The notes beneath the pieces were generated by a model. The model worked only from the letters and a program-made list of their open reading frames with translations. It did no database searches and was not told where the DNA came from. DNA of 64,000 nt, from the NCBI GenBank assembly GCA_963665325.3, contig CAXXWS020000003.1, positions 640,001-704,000 of the forward strand, given 5' to 3'. The stretch comes from Alphaproteobacteria bacterium. GTDB taxonomy: Bacteria; Pseudomonadota; Alphaproteobacteria; Bin95. The stretch's first letter is position 1. Each line of letters begins with the position of its first letter. Positions 18,750-27,447 of this stretch are shown here, one piece after another. Made by a program: the position numbers and the translations under genes.

Positions 18750-19592
18750 CTACTCCTCCAGCGTCGGGCCGGCGCCGGTGACGCGGGTCTGGCGCATGCG
18801 GCGGCGGTAGCGGTCGGCGTCGTAGCCCGCACCCCGGTGCAGCAGGCAGCGATTGTCCCAGATCACCAGGTCGCCCGGCTGCCAGCGGTGGCTCAGCACA
18901 TGCTCGTCCGCCGTCATCTCTTCCAGCAGCCCGTCCAACAGCGCGCGGCTGTCCTCGAACTCCCAGCCTTCGATCTCGCGGGCATGCGAGCCGATATAGA
19001 GGTTCTGCGCATCGTTCCCCGGGTTGCGGCGCACCAGCCGCTGGCGCACCGGCGGCAGCGAGGCGGCATGCGAGGGCGTCACCGCGTCGGGCGCAACCTT
19101 GGAGCGCGAGAACACATAGTCGTGGATGCAGACCTGCGGCGCGAGCCGCTCCTGCTCGTCTTCCTCGATACGCTCCCACGCGGCGCGCTGGCTGACGAAC
19201 AGCGTCTCCCCGCCCTCGTCCGGCACCTCGTAGGCGCACATGATCGAGACGAACGACGGCACCGCGCGGAACGAGGAGTCGGAGTGCCACATATTGTTGC
19301 CGGTCTGGAAGATCGTGCGCTTGTGGGCGCTGCCCGCCACGGTGCCGTCGGGCTGCACATTGCCGATGGTGCCGAAATACTCGATCCGCCCCTCCTGCCC
19401 GAGCAGGACATGGTTCGGCTCCGGCTCGCCCAGCATCCGGGTGAAGGCGAGATGCGCCTCGTCTCCCTCCGCCGCGCCCGGCACATGCACGAAGGAATAG
19501 CGGTCGATGGCCGCCCGCACCTCGTCCATGTCGAGGCCGCTTATGGGGCGGCTGTCGAGCCGTGCGCCGAATTCGGGGTGAAGCGGGGTCAT
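18750..19592 (-). CDS. TauD/TfdA family Fe(II)/2-oxoglutarate dioxygenase (TfdA-like)
   Basis: WHSDSSF, GGETLF and WDNRCLLHR motifs. ATG 19592 overlaps the upstream gene's stop. Confidence 0.9.
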   Translation of the reverse strand: MTPLHPEFGARLDSRPISGLDMDEVRAAIDRYSFVHVPGAAEGDEAHLAFTRMLGEPEPNHVLLGQEGRIEYFGTIGNVQPDGTVAGSAHKRTIFQTGNNMWHSDSSFRAVPSFVSIMCAYEVPDEGGETLFVSQRAAWERIEEDEQERLAPQVCIHDYVFSRSKVAPDAVTPSHAASLPPVRQRLVRRNPGNDAQNLYIGSHAREIEGWEFEDSRALLDGLLEEMTADEHVLSHRWQPGDLVIWDNRCLLHRGAGYDADRYRRRMRQTRVTGAGPTLEE

Positions 19593-20398
19593 GCGCTCCC
19601 CTCCAGGGTCAGTTGGAAACGGGTCACCTCGTCCATGCCGTCGCCGAACCAGGCGTCGATGGCGGCCTCGCGGCGGCCGAGATAAAGGGGCCTGCCGTCC
19701 TCGCCCAGCACCATCGGCAGGTCGTGGCCCGGAATCAGCACCGTGTCCGGCCGCGCACGCCAGAGCCCGCGGATCATCTCTATGGAAGCGCGCGAGATTG
19801 CGGCGTCGAAGGTCATGTCGACATCGCCGGAGACGAGCTCCGCGCGGTTCTTGGCGGCATCGCCCGTGAACACGACATCGCGCCCGGCGCCGGCGAGGTG
19901 GAATACCAGGCAGCCCGGTGTGTGCCCCGGCGCCAGATGAGCCGTAATGCCGGGGAATACGTCCTCGCCGTCCGCCACCCGCTCGGTCTTCGGGAAGAGC
20001 CCGAGCTCGCGCACATAGAGTTCCGGCACCACCGTCTCGCCCCAGGGCTCGCCCGCCGCCCAGTCGAGCTCGACCGCGCCGACGACTACGCGCGCCTTCG
20101 GGAACAGCACCCAGTTGACCGCGTGGTCGTAGTGAGTGTGGGTCAGCAGCAGGTCGGTGATGTCCGAGGGCCTGAGGCCGCGCCGTTCCAGTTCGGCGGC
20201 GAGCAGCTTGCGATGGCCGAACGCGCCGCAATCCACCAGTGCCAGCCGGTCCCCGTGCCGGATCAGCACGATGGTGCTCCAGCCGAGCGAGCCGTGGCGG
20301 ACCGATTTGCCGGGGAAGCCGGTGACGAGGATGTCGATCTCCCAGCCGCCGACCGCGAAGGCCGACCCGTTGACCGGTTCCGGATTTTGCTGCGTCAT
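19589..20398 (-). CDS. Metallo-beta-lactamase fold hydrolase
   Basis: THTHYDH, PGHTPG, TGDA and PGHD motifs. Confidence 0.9.
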   Translation of the reverse strand: MTQQNPEPVNGSAFAVGGWEIDILVTGFPGKSVRHGSLGWSTIVLIRHGDRLALVDCGAFGHRKLLAAELERRGLRPSDITDLLLTHTHYDHAVNWVLFPKARVVVGAVELDWAAGEPWGETVVPELYVRELGLFPKTERVADGEDVFPGITAHLAPGHTPGCLVFHLAGAGRDVVFTGDAAKNRAELVSGDVDMTFDAAISRASIEMIRGLWRARPDTVLIPGHDLPMVLGEDGRPLYLGRREAAIDAWFGDGMDEVTRFQLTLEGSA

Positions 20399-20448
20399 GG
20401 CGGCGAGCATAGCCGGCCCGGCAATGAGGACAAGGAGGAGCGGCCCCC

Positions 20449-21642
20449 ATGAGCGCGGCCCTGAACGGCGTCAGGATCATCGACATGACCCACAACCAGG
20501 CAGGCCCCGCCTGCACGCAGGTGCTGGCCTGGCTGGGCGCGGAGGTCATAAAGCTGGAGGAGCCGGGCAGGGGCGAGGCCGCGCGCCGGGCGATGCCCGA
20601 CATTCCGGGCGAGGACGGGCTGTTCTTCCTGGTGCTGAACGCCAACAAGAAGAGCCTGACGCTCAACCTAAAGACCGAGGACGGCAAGGCGCTGTTCAAG
20701 CAGCTGATCGCCGAGGTGGACATGCTGGTCGAGAACTTCTCGCCGGGCGCGCTCGACCGCCTCGGCCTCGGCTATGACGTGCTCGCGGAGATCAATCCGC
20801 GCCTCATCTACGGCACTATCAAGGGCTTCGGCAGCTACGGGCCCAATTCAGGCTACAAGGCCTTCGAGCCCATCGCTCAGGCCATGGGCGGGGCGATGAG
20901 CGTCACCGGTTTCCCCGAGAACCCGCCGACCTACACCTGGCCGGCCATCGGCGACTCGGGCACCGGCATGCATCTCGCCATAGGCCTCCTGGCCGCGCTG
21001 CAGCAGCGCCATCAGACGGGCAGGGGCCAGAAGGTCGAGGTCGCGATGCAGGAGGCAGTGGTCAACATCCTGCGCGTCAGCCTGCGCGACCATCAGCGCC
21101 AGGGCATTGTGCAGCCCCGGCGCGGCAACCAGCTCGGCCAGACCGTGCCCGGCTCCACCTATCCCTGCGCGCCGGCCGGGCCGAACGACTATGTCTATAT
21201 CTTCTGCCAGCCGCAGATGTATGAGGGCTTCCGGCGCGTGCTAGGCATGCCGGAGCTCGACGACCCGCGCTTCGAGACGCCGGCGGGCCGCTGGGAGCAC
21301 CGCGAGGAATACAATGCGCTGGTGGAAAGCTGGACCCGCCAGCGCGGCAAATACGAGGTCATGGAATTGCTCGGCGCCGCCGGCGTGCCCTGCGGGGCCT
21401 GCCAGGACACGGGCGAGGTGCTGGCCGACCCGCATCTGCGCGAGCGGGAGATGATCGTGGAGGTCGATTACCCCGGCCGCGGCGCCTACCAGACCGTCGG
21501 CTGCCCGATCAAGCTTTCCGACTCCCCCGCCGACATCCGCCGCCCGCCGACGCTGAGCGAGCACACGGACGAAGTGCTGGCCGAGCATTGCGGGGTGGAT
21601 GCCGATACTGCGGCGCGGCTCAGGGAAGAGGGGGTTATCTGA
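20449..21642 (+). CDS. frc: CoA-transferase family III (formyl-CoA transferase-like)
   Basis: QAGPACTQ, LNANKKS, VENF and IGDSGTGMH (catalytic Asp); AAGGAGG SD. Specific substrate is not proven. Confidence 0.7.
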   Translation: MSAALNGVRIIDMTHNQAGPACTQVLAWLGAEVIKLEEPGRGEAARRAMPDIPGEDGLFFLVLNANKKSLTLNLKTEDGKALFKQLIAEVDMLVENFSPGALDRLGLGYDVLAEINPRLIYGTIKGFGSYGPNSGYKAFEPIAQAMGGAMSVTGFPENPPTYTWPAIGDSGTGMHLAIGLLAALQQRHQTGRGQKVEVAMQEAVVNILRVSLRDHQRQGIVQPRRGNQLGQTVPGSTYPCAPAGPNDYVYIFCQPQMYEGFRRVLGMPELDDPRFETPAGRWEHREEYNALVESWTRQRGKYEVMELLGAAGVPCGACQDTGEVLADPHLREREMIVEVDYPGRGAYQTVGCPIKLSDSPADIRRPPTLSEHTDEVLAEHCGVDADTAARLREEGVI

Positions 21643-21699
21643 ACCGAATAGCGACGTGTCCCGCTTGCACGGTCCCGCCAGTCGCAGAATCGACATCGG

Positions 21700-22431
21700 A
21701 TGAGTCCTTCCGGGCCGGGCGTGGACTTCGGATGGGGACTCCAGGGACTCCTGTCGCTGCTTCCGAAGAGCGATGTCGTCGTCATCGTGGACGTGTTGTC
21801 GTTTTGCACGGCCGTCGATATCGCCACGTCCCGGGGGGCCCGGGTCCTTCCCTTTCCCCACGGGCATTCCGACGCCGAAAGTTACGCGAAAAGCCGCGGC
21901 GCTGTCCTTGCCCGGCCCCGGTCGGCAGGCGGTGGGCAGTTCAGCCTTTCTCCCGAGACATTGAAGACCGTGACGAATGGAACGCGGATCGTCCTTCCTT
22001 CGCCGAACGGGTCGAGGCTGTCTCGGGAAACGGGCGGTGTGCCGACATTTGCGGGTTGCCTGCGCAACGCGGCCGCTATCGCACAGGCTTCGTCGTCGCT
22101 GGGTTCGTCCATCGGGGTTGTAGCGGCAGGCGAGCGTTGGCCGGACGGCAGCTCGCGCCCGGCGATCGAGGACCTCCTCGGGGCAGGAGCGATAATCGAG
22201 AACATGACGGCGCGGCCGTCTCCGGATGCGGAAGCGGCCTGCGCCGCCTTTCATGCGCTTCGGGATCGGCTCCAGGATGTCATTCGCGACTCGCAATCGG
22301 GCCGGGAACTCATCGAGGCGGGCTATGCCGTAGATGTAGAGATCGCGGTCGATTTGGACGCTAGCCGCACGGCGCCGTTTCTGCACGGTGACGGCTATTC
22401 CAGCGCGTCACCGGATCGGTTTCGAAAATGA
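21700..22431 (+). CDS. 2-phosphosulfolactate phosphatase (ComB family)
   Basis: VIVDVLSF, SLSP, PSPNGS, LRNA, AAGERW and IEDLLGAG motifs. Confidence 0.85.
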   Translation: MSPSGPGVDFGWGLQGLLSLLPKSDVVVIVDVLSFCTAVDIATSRGARVLPFPHGHSDAESYAKSRGAVLARPRSAGGGQFSLSPETLKTVTNGTRIVLPSPNGSRLSRETGGVPTFAGCLRNAAAIAQASSSLGSSIGVVAAGERWPDGSSRPAIEDLLGAGAIIENMTARPSPDAEAACAAFHALRDRLQDVIRDSQSGRELIEAGYAVDVEIAVDLDASRTAPFLHGDGYSSASPDRFRK

Positions 22432-22464
22432 GTGCGCAAGCGACGTCTGGCACCGCCCAGGCCC

Positions 22465-23556
22465 TCACCCCCGCTGTGCAATCGCCCAGCCGGTCTCCGC
22501 CAGTTGCCGCGCCTTGGCGCCGCGCTGTACGGCGTCGGGGGAGCTGGCGTTGCCGTCGAGGCCGCGCTTGTAAACCCCCTGGCTGATGGCGGCGAGGCGG
22601 AAGAGCGAGAAGGCGAGGTAGAAGGGCCAGTCGGGGATGCCGCCGCGGCCGGTCCGCTCGCAATAGGCGGCGACATAGTCCTCCTCGCTCGGGATGCCGG
22701 TCGCGTCATAGTCCATGTCGCCCAGGAAGCCGCGCAGATCGTCGCCGGCATGATAGGGCAGGCAGTTATAGGCGAGGTCCGAGAGCGGGTTGCCGAGCGT
22801 GCCGAGCTCCCAGTCCACCACCGCCAGCACGCGCGGCTCGCCCGGGTGGAGGATCATGTTCTCCAGCCGGTAGTCGCCATGCACAATCGTGGTTTCGTCG
22901 TCCGCCGGCATGTTCTCGCCGAGCCACGCCGCGAGATTGTCCATCTCCGGCACCTCGTCGGTCTTGCTCATCTCGTACTGGCCGGCCCAACGGCGCACCT
23001 GGCGGGCCATGTAGCCGCCTTCGCGCCCGTAGTCCTCCAGCCCGACGGCGCGGAAGTCGACCTTGTGCAGCGCGGAGAGTGCAGCGTTCATGGCGTCGTA
23101 GGTGGCGGCGCGCTCGGCGGGCGGCAGGTCGGGCAGGGTGAGGTTGCGCGCCACCCGCCCCTCGACATGCTCCATGATGTAGAAGGCCCTGCCGATCACC
23201 GCCTCGTCCTCGCAGAGCGCCCAGGTCCGGGCCACCGGAACGTCGGTGTCGGCAAGCGCGGAAATTACCCGGTATTCGCGGTCCACCGCATGGGCGGAGG
23301 GCAAGAGCTTGCCGGGCGGCTTCTTGCGCAGCACATAGCGCCGCCCGTTGCCGTCCTCCAGCAGGAAGGTCGGGTTCGACATGCCGCCCCGGAATTGCGA
23401 AACCGAGAGCGGCGGCGCGAAGCCCGGAACCTCGCGCCGCATGAAATCCGAAAGCCGGTCCTCGGGAAAGCGGTGCTGGTCCAGCACCGGCGCAGCCACG
23501 GCGGTGGTGGTGACCGGCGGCTCGGCGGTGGTTTCGGCGGATGCCTGGGCAGTCAT
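22465..23556 (-). CDS. Phosphotransferase family protein (APH/ACAD10-like)
   Basis: GGMSNPT, LRKKPPG, AHAVDRE, HGDYRLEN and DWELGTLG motifs. Confidence 0.9.
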   Translation of the reverse strand: MTAQASAETTAEPPVTTTAVAAPVLDQHRFPEDRLSDFMRREVPGFAPPLSVSQFRGGMSNPTFLLEDGNGRRYVLRKKPPGKLLPSAHAVDREYRVISALADTDVPVARTWALCEDEAVIGRAFYIMEHVEGRVARNLTLPDLPPAERAATYDAMNAALSALHKVDFRAVGLEDYGREGGYMARQVRRWAGQYEMSKTDEVPEMDNLAAWLGENMPADDETTIVHGDYRLENMILHPGEPRVLAVVDWELGTLGNPLSDLAYNCLPYHAGDDLRGFLGDMDYDATGIPSEEDYVAAYCERTGRGGIPDWPFYLAFSLFRLAAISQGVYKRGLDGNASSPDAVQRGAKARQLAETGWAIAQRG

Positions 23557-23701
23557 CGCAGCGTCGCTCCTTTGCGCCGTGCGAAGACTAGCCCGGATTT
23601 CTTGCCGAGGTCACGGCCGGCGTCCCGTCCGGGCGTGCGTCCTGCGTTCGCCATGCGTGCGCGCGCAGACCGCGCGCCGGCGCGGACGGAACCGGTGCGC
23701 G

Positions 23702-24253
23702 CTATTCCCTGGGGGCGTATTTGGCGAGGATGCGCTGGAGGGTGCGGCGGTGCATGCGCAGCCGGCGCGCCGTCTCCGAGACATTGCGTCCGCACTGCTC
23801 GTAGATGCGCTGGATGTGCTCCCACCGCACCCGGTCGGGCGACATCGGCAGTTCCGGGGGTCCCGGCGGGTCCGCGCCCATGTGCTTCAGCGCCGTTTCG
23901 ATGGCGTCGGCGTCTGCCGGCTTCGGCAGGTAATCGATGGCGCCCACCTTCACGGCCGCCACGGCGGTCGCGATATTGCCGTAGCCGGTGAGGATGATCG
24001 CGCGGCTTTCCGGGCGGACGGTCTGGAGGTGGGAGACCACGTCGACGCCGCTGCCGTCGCCGAGCCGGAGGTCCACCACGGCATAGTCCGGCGGGTCGAT
24101 ATCCACCGCCGCCTTGCCGTCCGCGACCGAGCCCGCCGTGCGCACGTCGAAGCCGCGCCGCTCCATCGCCCGCGCCAGCCGGTTGAGGAAGGGCGGGTCG
24201 TCATCGACCAAAAGGAGTGTGCCGGCGTCGCCGGAGCCTATCTGTTCGTTCAT
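23702..24253 (-). CDS. regA: Redox response regulator RegA/PrrA/ActR
   Basis: LTGYGNIATAVAAVK and WEHIQR..EQCGRNVSETARRLRMHRRTLQRILAK are diagnostic. Confidence 0.97.
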   Translation of the reverse strand: MNEQIGSGDAGTLLLVDDDPPFLNRLARAMERRGFDVRTAGSVADGKAAVDIDPPDYAVVDLRLGDGSGVDVVSHLQTVRPESRAIILTGYGNIATAVAAVKVGAIDYLPKPADADAIETALKHMGADPPGPPELPMSPDRVRWEHIQRIYEQCGRNVSETARRLRMHRRTLQRILAKYAPRE

Positions 24254-25548
24254 CGCTCCCCACCCATGCTCGAAGGTTCAAGTATCACGCGAGGCCACAA
24301 CACCTCAACCTCCGCGCCGCCCTGGGGCCGGTTGAGGAAGGTGACGTCGGCCCCGGTGCGCTCCAGCAGCGTGCGCGCGATGAAGATGCCGAGGCCCATA
24401 TGGCCGTCGCTGCCCCGCCTCGTGGAAAGATAGGGCTCCCCGAGGCGGCCCAGCAGCGCCGCCGGGAAGCCCGGCCCGTCGTCGGAGATCGTCACGCCGA
24501 CCCGTTCCGCGTCCCAGACGATCGACGCATCGACGCGGCTGCGGGCGAATTGCAGCGCGTTGGACAGGATGTTGCCGAGGCCGTTCACGAGTTCGGGGCG
24601 CCGTTCCAGGGCCGGCTCCGGCGAACCGTCCCGCGCGCGGCCGAGGATCGTCAGATCGACCGTCTCGCGCCGGTGCGGGCCGGCCGTGCTGTCGATCAGG
24701 GCAGTCAGCGGCATCCTGAGATAGTCGACGCCGCGCGCATCCGGGTGCCGGGACAGTTCGGTGAGGATCTCCTTGCACCGCTCGGCCTGGCTCTTCAGCA
24801 GGCGCGCGTCCTCGGCGAGCGGGCTGTCGGGCGGCACCTCGCGCACGAGTTCGGACGCGACAACGGTGATGGTGGCGAGCGGCGTGCCCAGTTCGTGCGC
24901 GGCCGCCGCGGCGAGCGTGCCGAGGTCGGCGACGCGCTGCTCGCGCGCCAGCGCATCCTGCGCGGCGGAAAACGCATCCATCATCCGGCGCCGCTCGATG
25001 GCCACCTGGCCCACATAGACCGCCAGGAAGGCGATGGCGGTGATGGTGGCGAACCATATGCCGAGCACGAGGTCCGGCGGCATGGTGGGCGGCGGTCCGT
25101 CCCAGGGCAGCGGCATATGCCAGACCGACAGCACGCTCGCGGCGGCCGCAGCCAGCACGACGAGCTTGATGCAGCTTGCCCGGGACAGGACCGACGCCGC
25201 CACCGTCACCGGGGCCAGCAGCAGGAGCGCGAACGGGTTCTGAAGCCCGCCCGTGAGGAAGAGCAGCAAGGCGAGCTGGAGCGTGTCGAAGGCGAGGAAG
25301 CCGAAGGCCTGCGGCTCGGGCAGACCGGCCCCGCCGCGATGGTGCAGGCTTGCGTAAAGGTTGACCGCCGCCGACATCGCGACGACCGCCGCCGCCGCCT
25401 CTATCGGCAGCCGGTAACCGAAGCCGAAATGGACGATCAGCACCGTGCCCGCCTGCCCCGCCACCGCAACCCAGCGAATCAGGACCAGCGTGCGCGTCTG
25501 CACGATGCCGGTCTCGCCCCGGGGCGGCGCGGGCTCTAAAACCTTCAT
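24250..25548 (-). CDS. regB: Redox sensor histidine kinase RegB/PrrB/ActS
   Basis: RWVAVAGQ, GGLQNPF quinone-binding motif, AHELGTPL and GLGIFIA. Start 25548 or 25590. Confidence 0.95.
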   Translation of the reverse strand: MKVLEPAPPRGETGIVQTRTLVLIRWVAVAGQAGTVLIVHFGFGYRLPIEAAAAVVAMSAAVNLYASLHHRGGAGLPEPQAFGFLAFDTLQLALLLFLTGGLQNPFALLLLAPVTVAASVLSRASCIKLVVLAAAAASVLSVWHMPLPWDGPPPTMPPDLVLGIWFATITAIAFLAVYVGQVAIERRRMMDAFSAAQDALAREQRVADLGTLAAAAAHELGTPLATITVVASELVREVPPDSPLAEDARLLKSQAERCKEILTELSRHPDARGVDYLRMPLTALIDSTAGPHRRETVDLTILGRARDGSPEPALERRPELVNGLGNILSNALQFARSRVDASIVWDAERVGVTISDDGPGFPAALLGRLGEPYLSTRRGSDGHMGLGIFIARTLLERTGADVTFLNRPQGGAEVEVLWPRVILEPSSMGGER

Positions 25549-25593
25549 GGGCGGCGGGCGCTCCTCCGCTGCTGTCGGAGAGGGAAGCATAGC

Positions 25594-26346
25594 ATGAGCG
25601 AATGGGCCGTTTCGGTGCGGGAGCTCTCGAAGGAATTCGGGGCCGTGAAGGCCGTGGACGGGCTGACCTTCGACCTCGAGCCCGGCGGCATCGTTGCCCT
25701 GCTCGGCGGCAACGGAGCCGGCAAGACGACCACCATAGCCATGCTGCTCGGCCTGTTGCTGCCGACCTCCGGGACGGTGCGGGCGCTAGGCGCGGACATG
25801 ACCCGCGACCGCTACCGGGTGCTCGGGCGGATGAATTTCTCCTCCCCCTATGTGGAACTGCCGGGCCGGCTGACGGCGGAGGAGAACCTGCTGGTCTATG
25901 CCCGCCTTTACGGCGTGCCGCAGGCGGGGCGGCTGGTGCGGGAACTCGCCGGGACGCTGGAGCTCACCCCGTTCCTGAAACAGCGGACGCGCACGCTGTC
26001 GGCCGGGCAGAAGTCCCGCCTGGCGCTCGCCAAGGCGCTGGTGAACGAGCCGCAGCTGCTGCTTCTCGACGAGCCCACAGCCTCGCTTGACCCGGAAACC
26101 GCCGACTGGGTGCGCTCATACCTCGCCGCCTATGTGAAGCGGACCGGCGCCACCATCCTGCTCGCCTCGCACAACATGCTGGAGGTGGAGCGGCTGTGCC
26201 GCGACGTGCTGATGATGAAGGCGGGCCGGCTTGTGGACCGGGGCGCCCCGGACGCGCTGATCGCGCGCTACGGGCGGCAGACCATGGAGGAGGTGTTTCT
26301 GGACATTGCGCGCGGCGAGGCTAGCCTCCGTCCGCGGCCTCCGTGA
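25594..26346 (+). CDS. ABC-2 type transporter ATP-binding protein
   Basis: GGNGAGKTT, LSAGQ and LLLDEPT motifs. Confidence 0.92.
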   Translation: MSEWAVSVRELSKEFGAVKAVDGLTFDLEPGGIVALLGGNGAGKTTTIAMLLGLLLPTSGTVRALGADMTRDRYRVLGRMNFSSPYVELPGRLTAEENLLVYARLYGVPQAGRLVRELAGTLELTPFLKQRTRTLSAGQKSRLALAKALVNEPQLLLLDEPTASLDPETADWVRSYLAAYVKRTGATILLASHNMLEVERLCRDVLMMKAGRLVDRGAPDALIARYGRQTMEEVFLDIARGEASLRPRPP

Positions 26347-27439
26347 CCTGGGTGAGGCGCGTGCGGAACTTGTCCGTCTTGTAGTCGGTCACGCGGTAGG
26401 CCCATCCGCCGGCCGTGGCATTGATCTTCCCGAGCTCCCCGGCCACCTCGCCCGGCGTCTTCAGCGCCATTTGCAGGGACCCTTCGAGCTTGTCGGCGTC
26501 CATCGTCCTGCGGGCCTCCAGCAGAGGTTCCACGCGCGGGTCCGCGGTCCCGGGCGATGCGGCAAGCGCGACCCAGTAGTCGCCGTCCTGCTCGACCATC
26601 CGCACCTCGACGACCAGCCCGTCGAAGGTCTCGAAGCGGCCGGCGACCAGGGGCTCTGAGAAGTCAACCTCGGCGGCGGGGCGCACATCGTCGAAGATCA
26701 GGAAGTCGAGCCAGCTCGTAAGCGGCGACAACTCGTGGTTCGCTTTCGCCTTGCGGCCTTCCGGCAGCGGCTCTTCCAGTTTCCAGTCTGTTTCCTCCGG
26801 CCCGGCCTTGGAAACCGTGACCGTCTCGCCGTCGGCGTGGGTCAGGCGCGTGCGCTGGATGCGGCGCTGCTCCACATTGCAGATATTGCGGTTCAGGAAG
26901 CGCGTCAGCAGTTGCACCGGCTGGAAGTCGCCCTTGGCAAGCCATGATTGCGCTTCTCCGCTCCTGCGCACGAACACGCCGCCGCCCGCTTCTTCAGGGC
27001 GCGCAAAACCGACCAGCAGGTCCGCCGCCGTCTCACCGCCGGCCTTCGCCACGATCCGGATGGACTGCGCGCCGGACTCGCCGAGGTCCTCCACCCGGAT
27101 CTTCGCATAGAGCGCAGGCTTGCTCGTGCGCGGCTCGATAAGCTCGATGCGCGCCAGGTCGAAAAGCATCCCGCTCAGCATCTTGAAATCGGCGGGGTAG
27201 CCATCGCGCTGCGCCACGCCCCAGCGCCCGTCCTCGCGCCGCGCCGACACGGTGCCGTCGGCCGTCGTCGAAACCTCCACGAAGTCGATGTCGTTCACGC
27301 GTTCCAGCAAGCCCGGATACAGCATGGTACCGGCAACGGGGTCGGCGCCGCGGACGCGCTCATCCACCAGAACGGCAATGGCTGCGACAGCCGCGGCGAC
27401 CGTCAGGACCAGCAGAAACAGGAAACTGCGGGGCTTCAT
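26321..27439 (-). CDS. DUF4340 domain-containing protein
   Basis: N-terminal TM, W......YPAD motif, and position after a GldG-like gene. Confidence 0.75.
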   Translation of the reverse strand: MKPRSFLFLLVLTVAAAVAAIAVLVDERVRGADPVAGTMLYPGLLERVNDIDFVEVSTTADGTVSARREDGRWGVAQRDGYPADFKMLSGMLFDLARIELIEPRTSKPALYAKIRVEDLGESGAQSIRIVAKAGGETAADLLVGFARPEEAGGGVFVRRSGEAQSWLAKGDFQPVQLLTRFLNRNICNVEQRRIQRTRLTHADGETVTVSKAGPEETDWKLEEPLPEGRKAKANHELSPLTSWLDFLIFDDVRPAAEVDFSEPLVAGRFETFDGLVVEVRMVEQDGDYWVALAASPGTADPRVEPLLEARRTMDADKLEGSLQMALKTPGEVAGELGKINATAGGWAYRVTDYKTDKFRTRLTQVTEAADGG

Positions 27440-27447
27440 GGGCGTCG

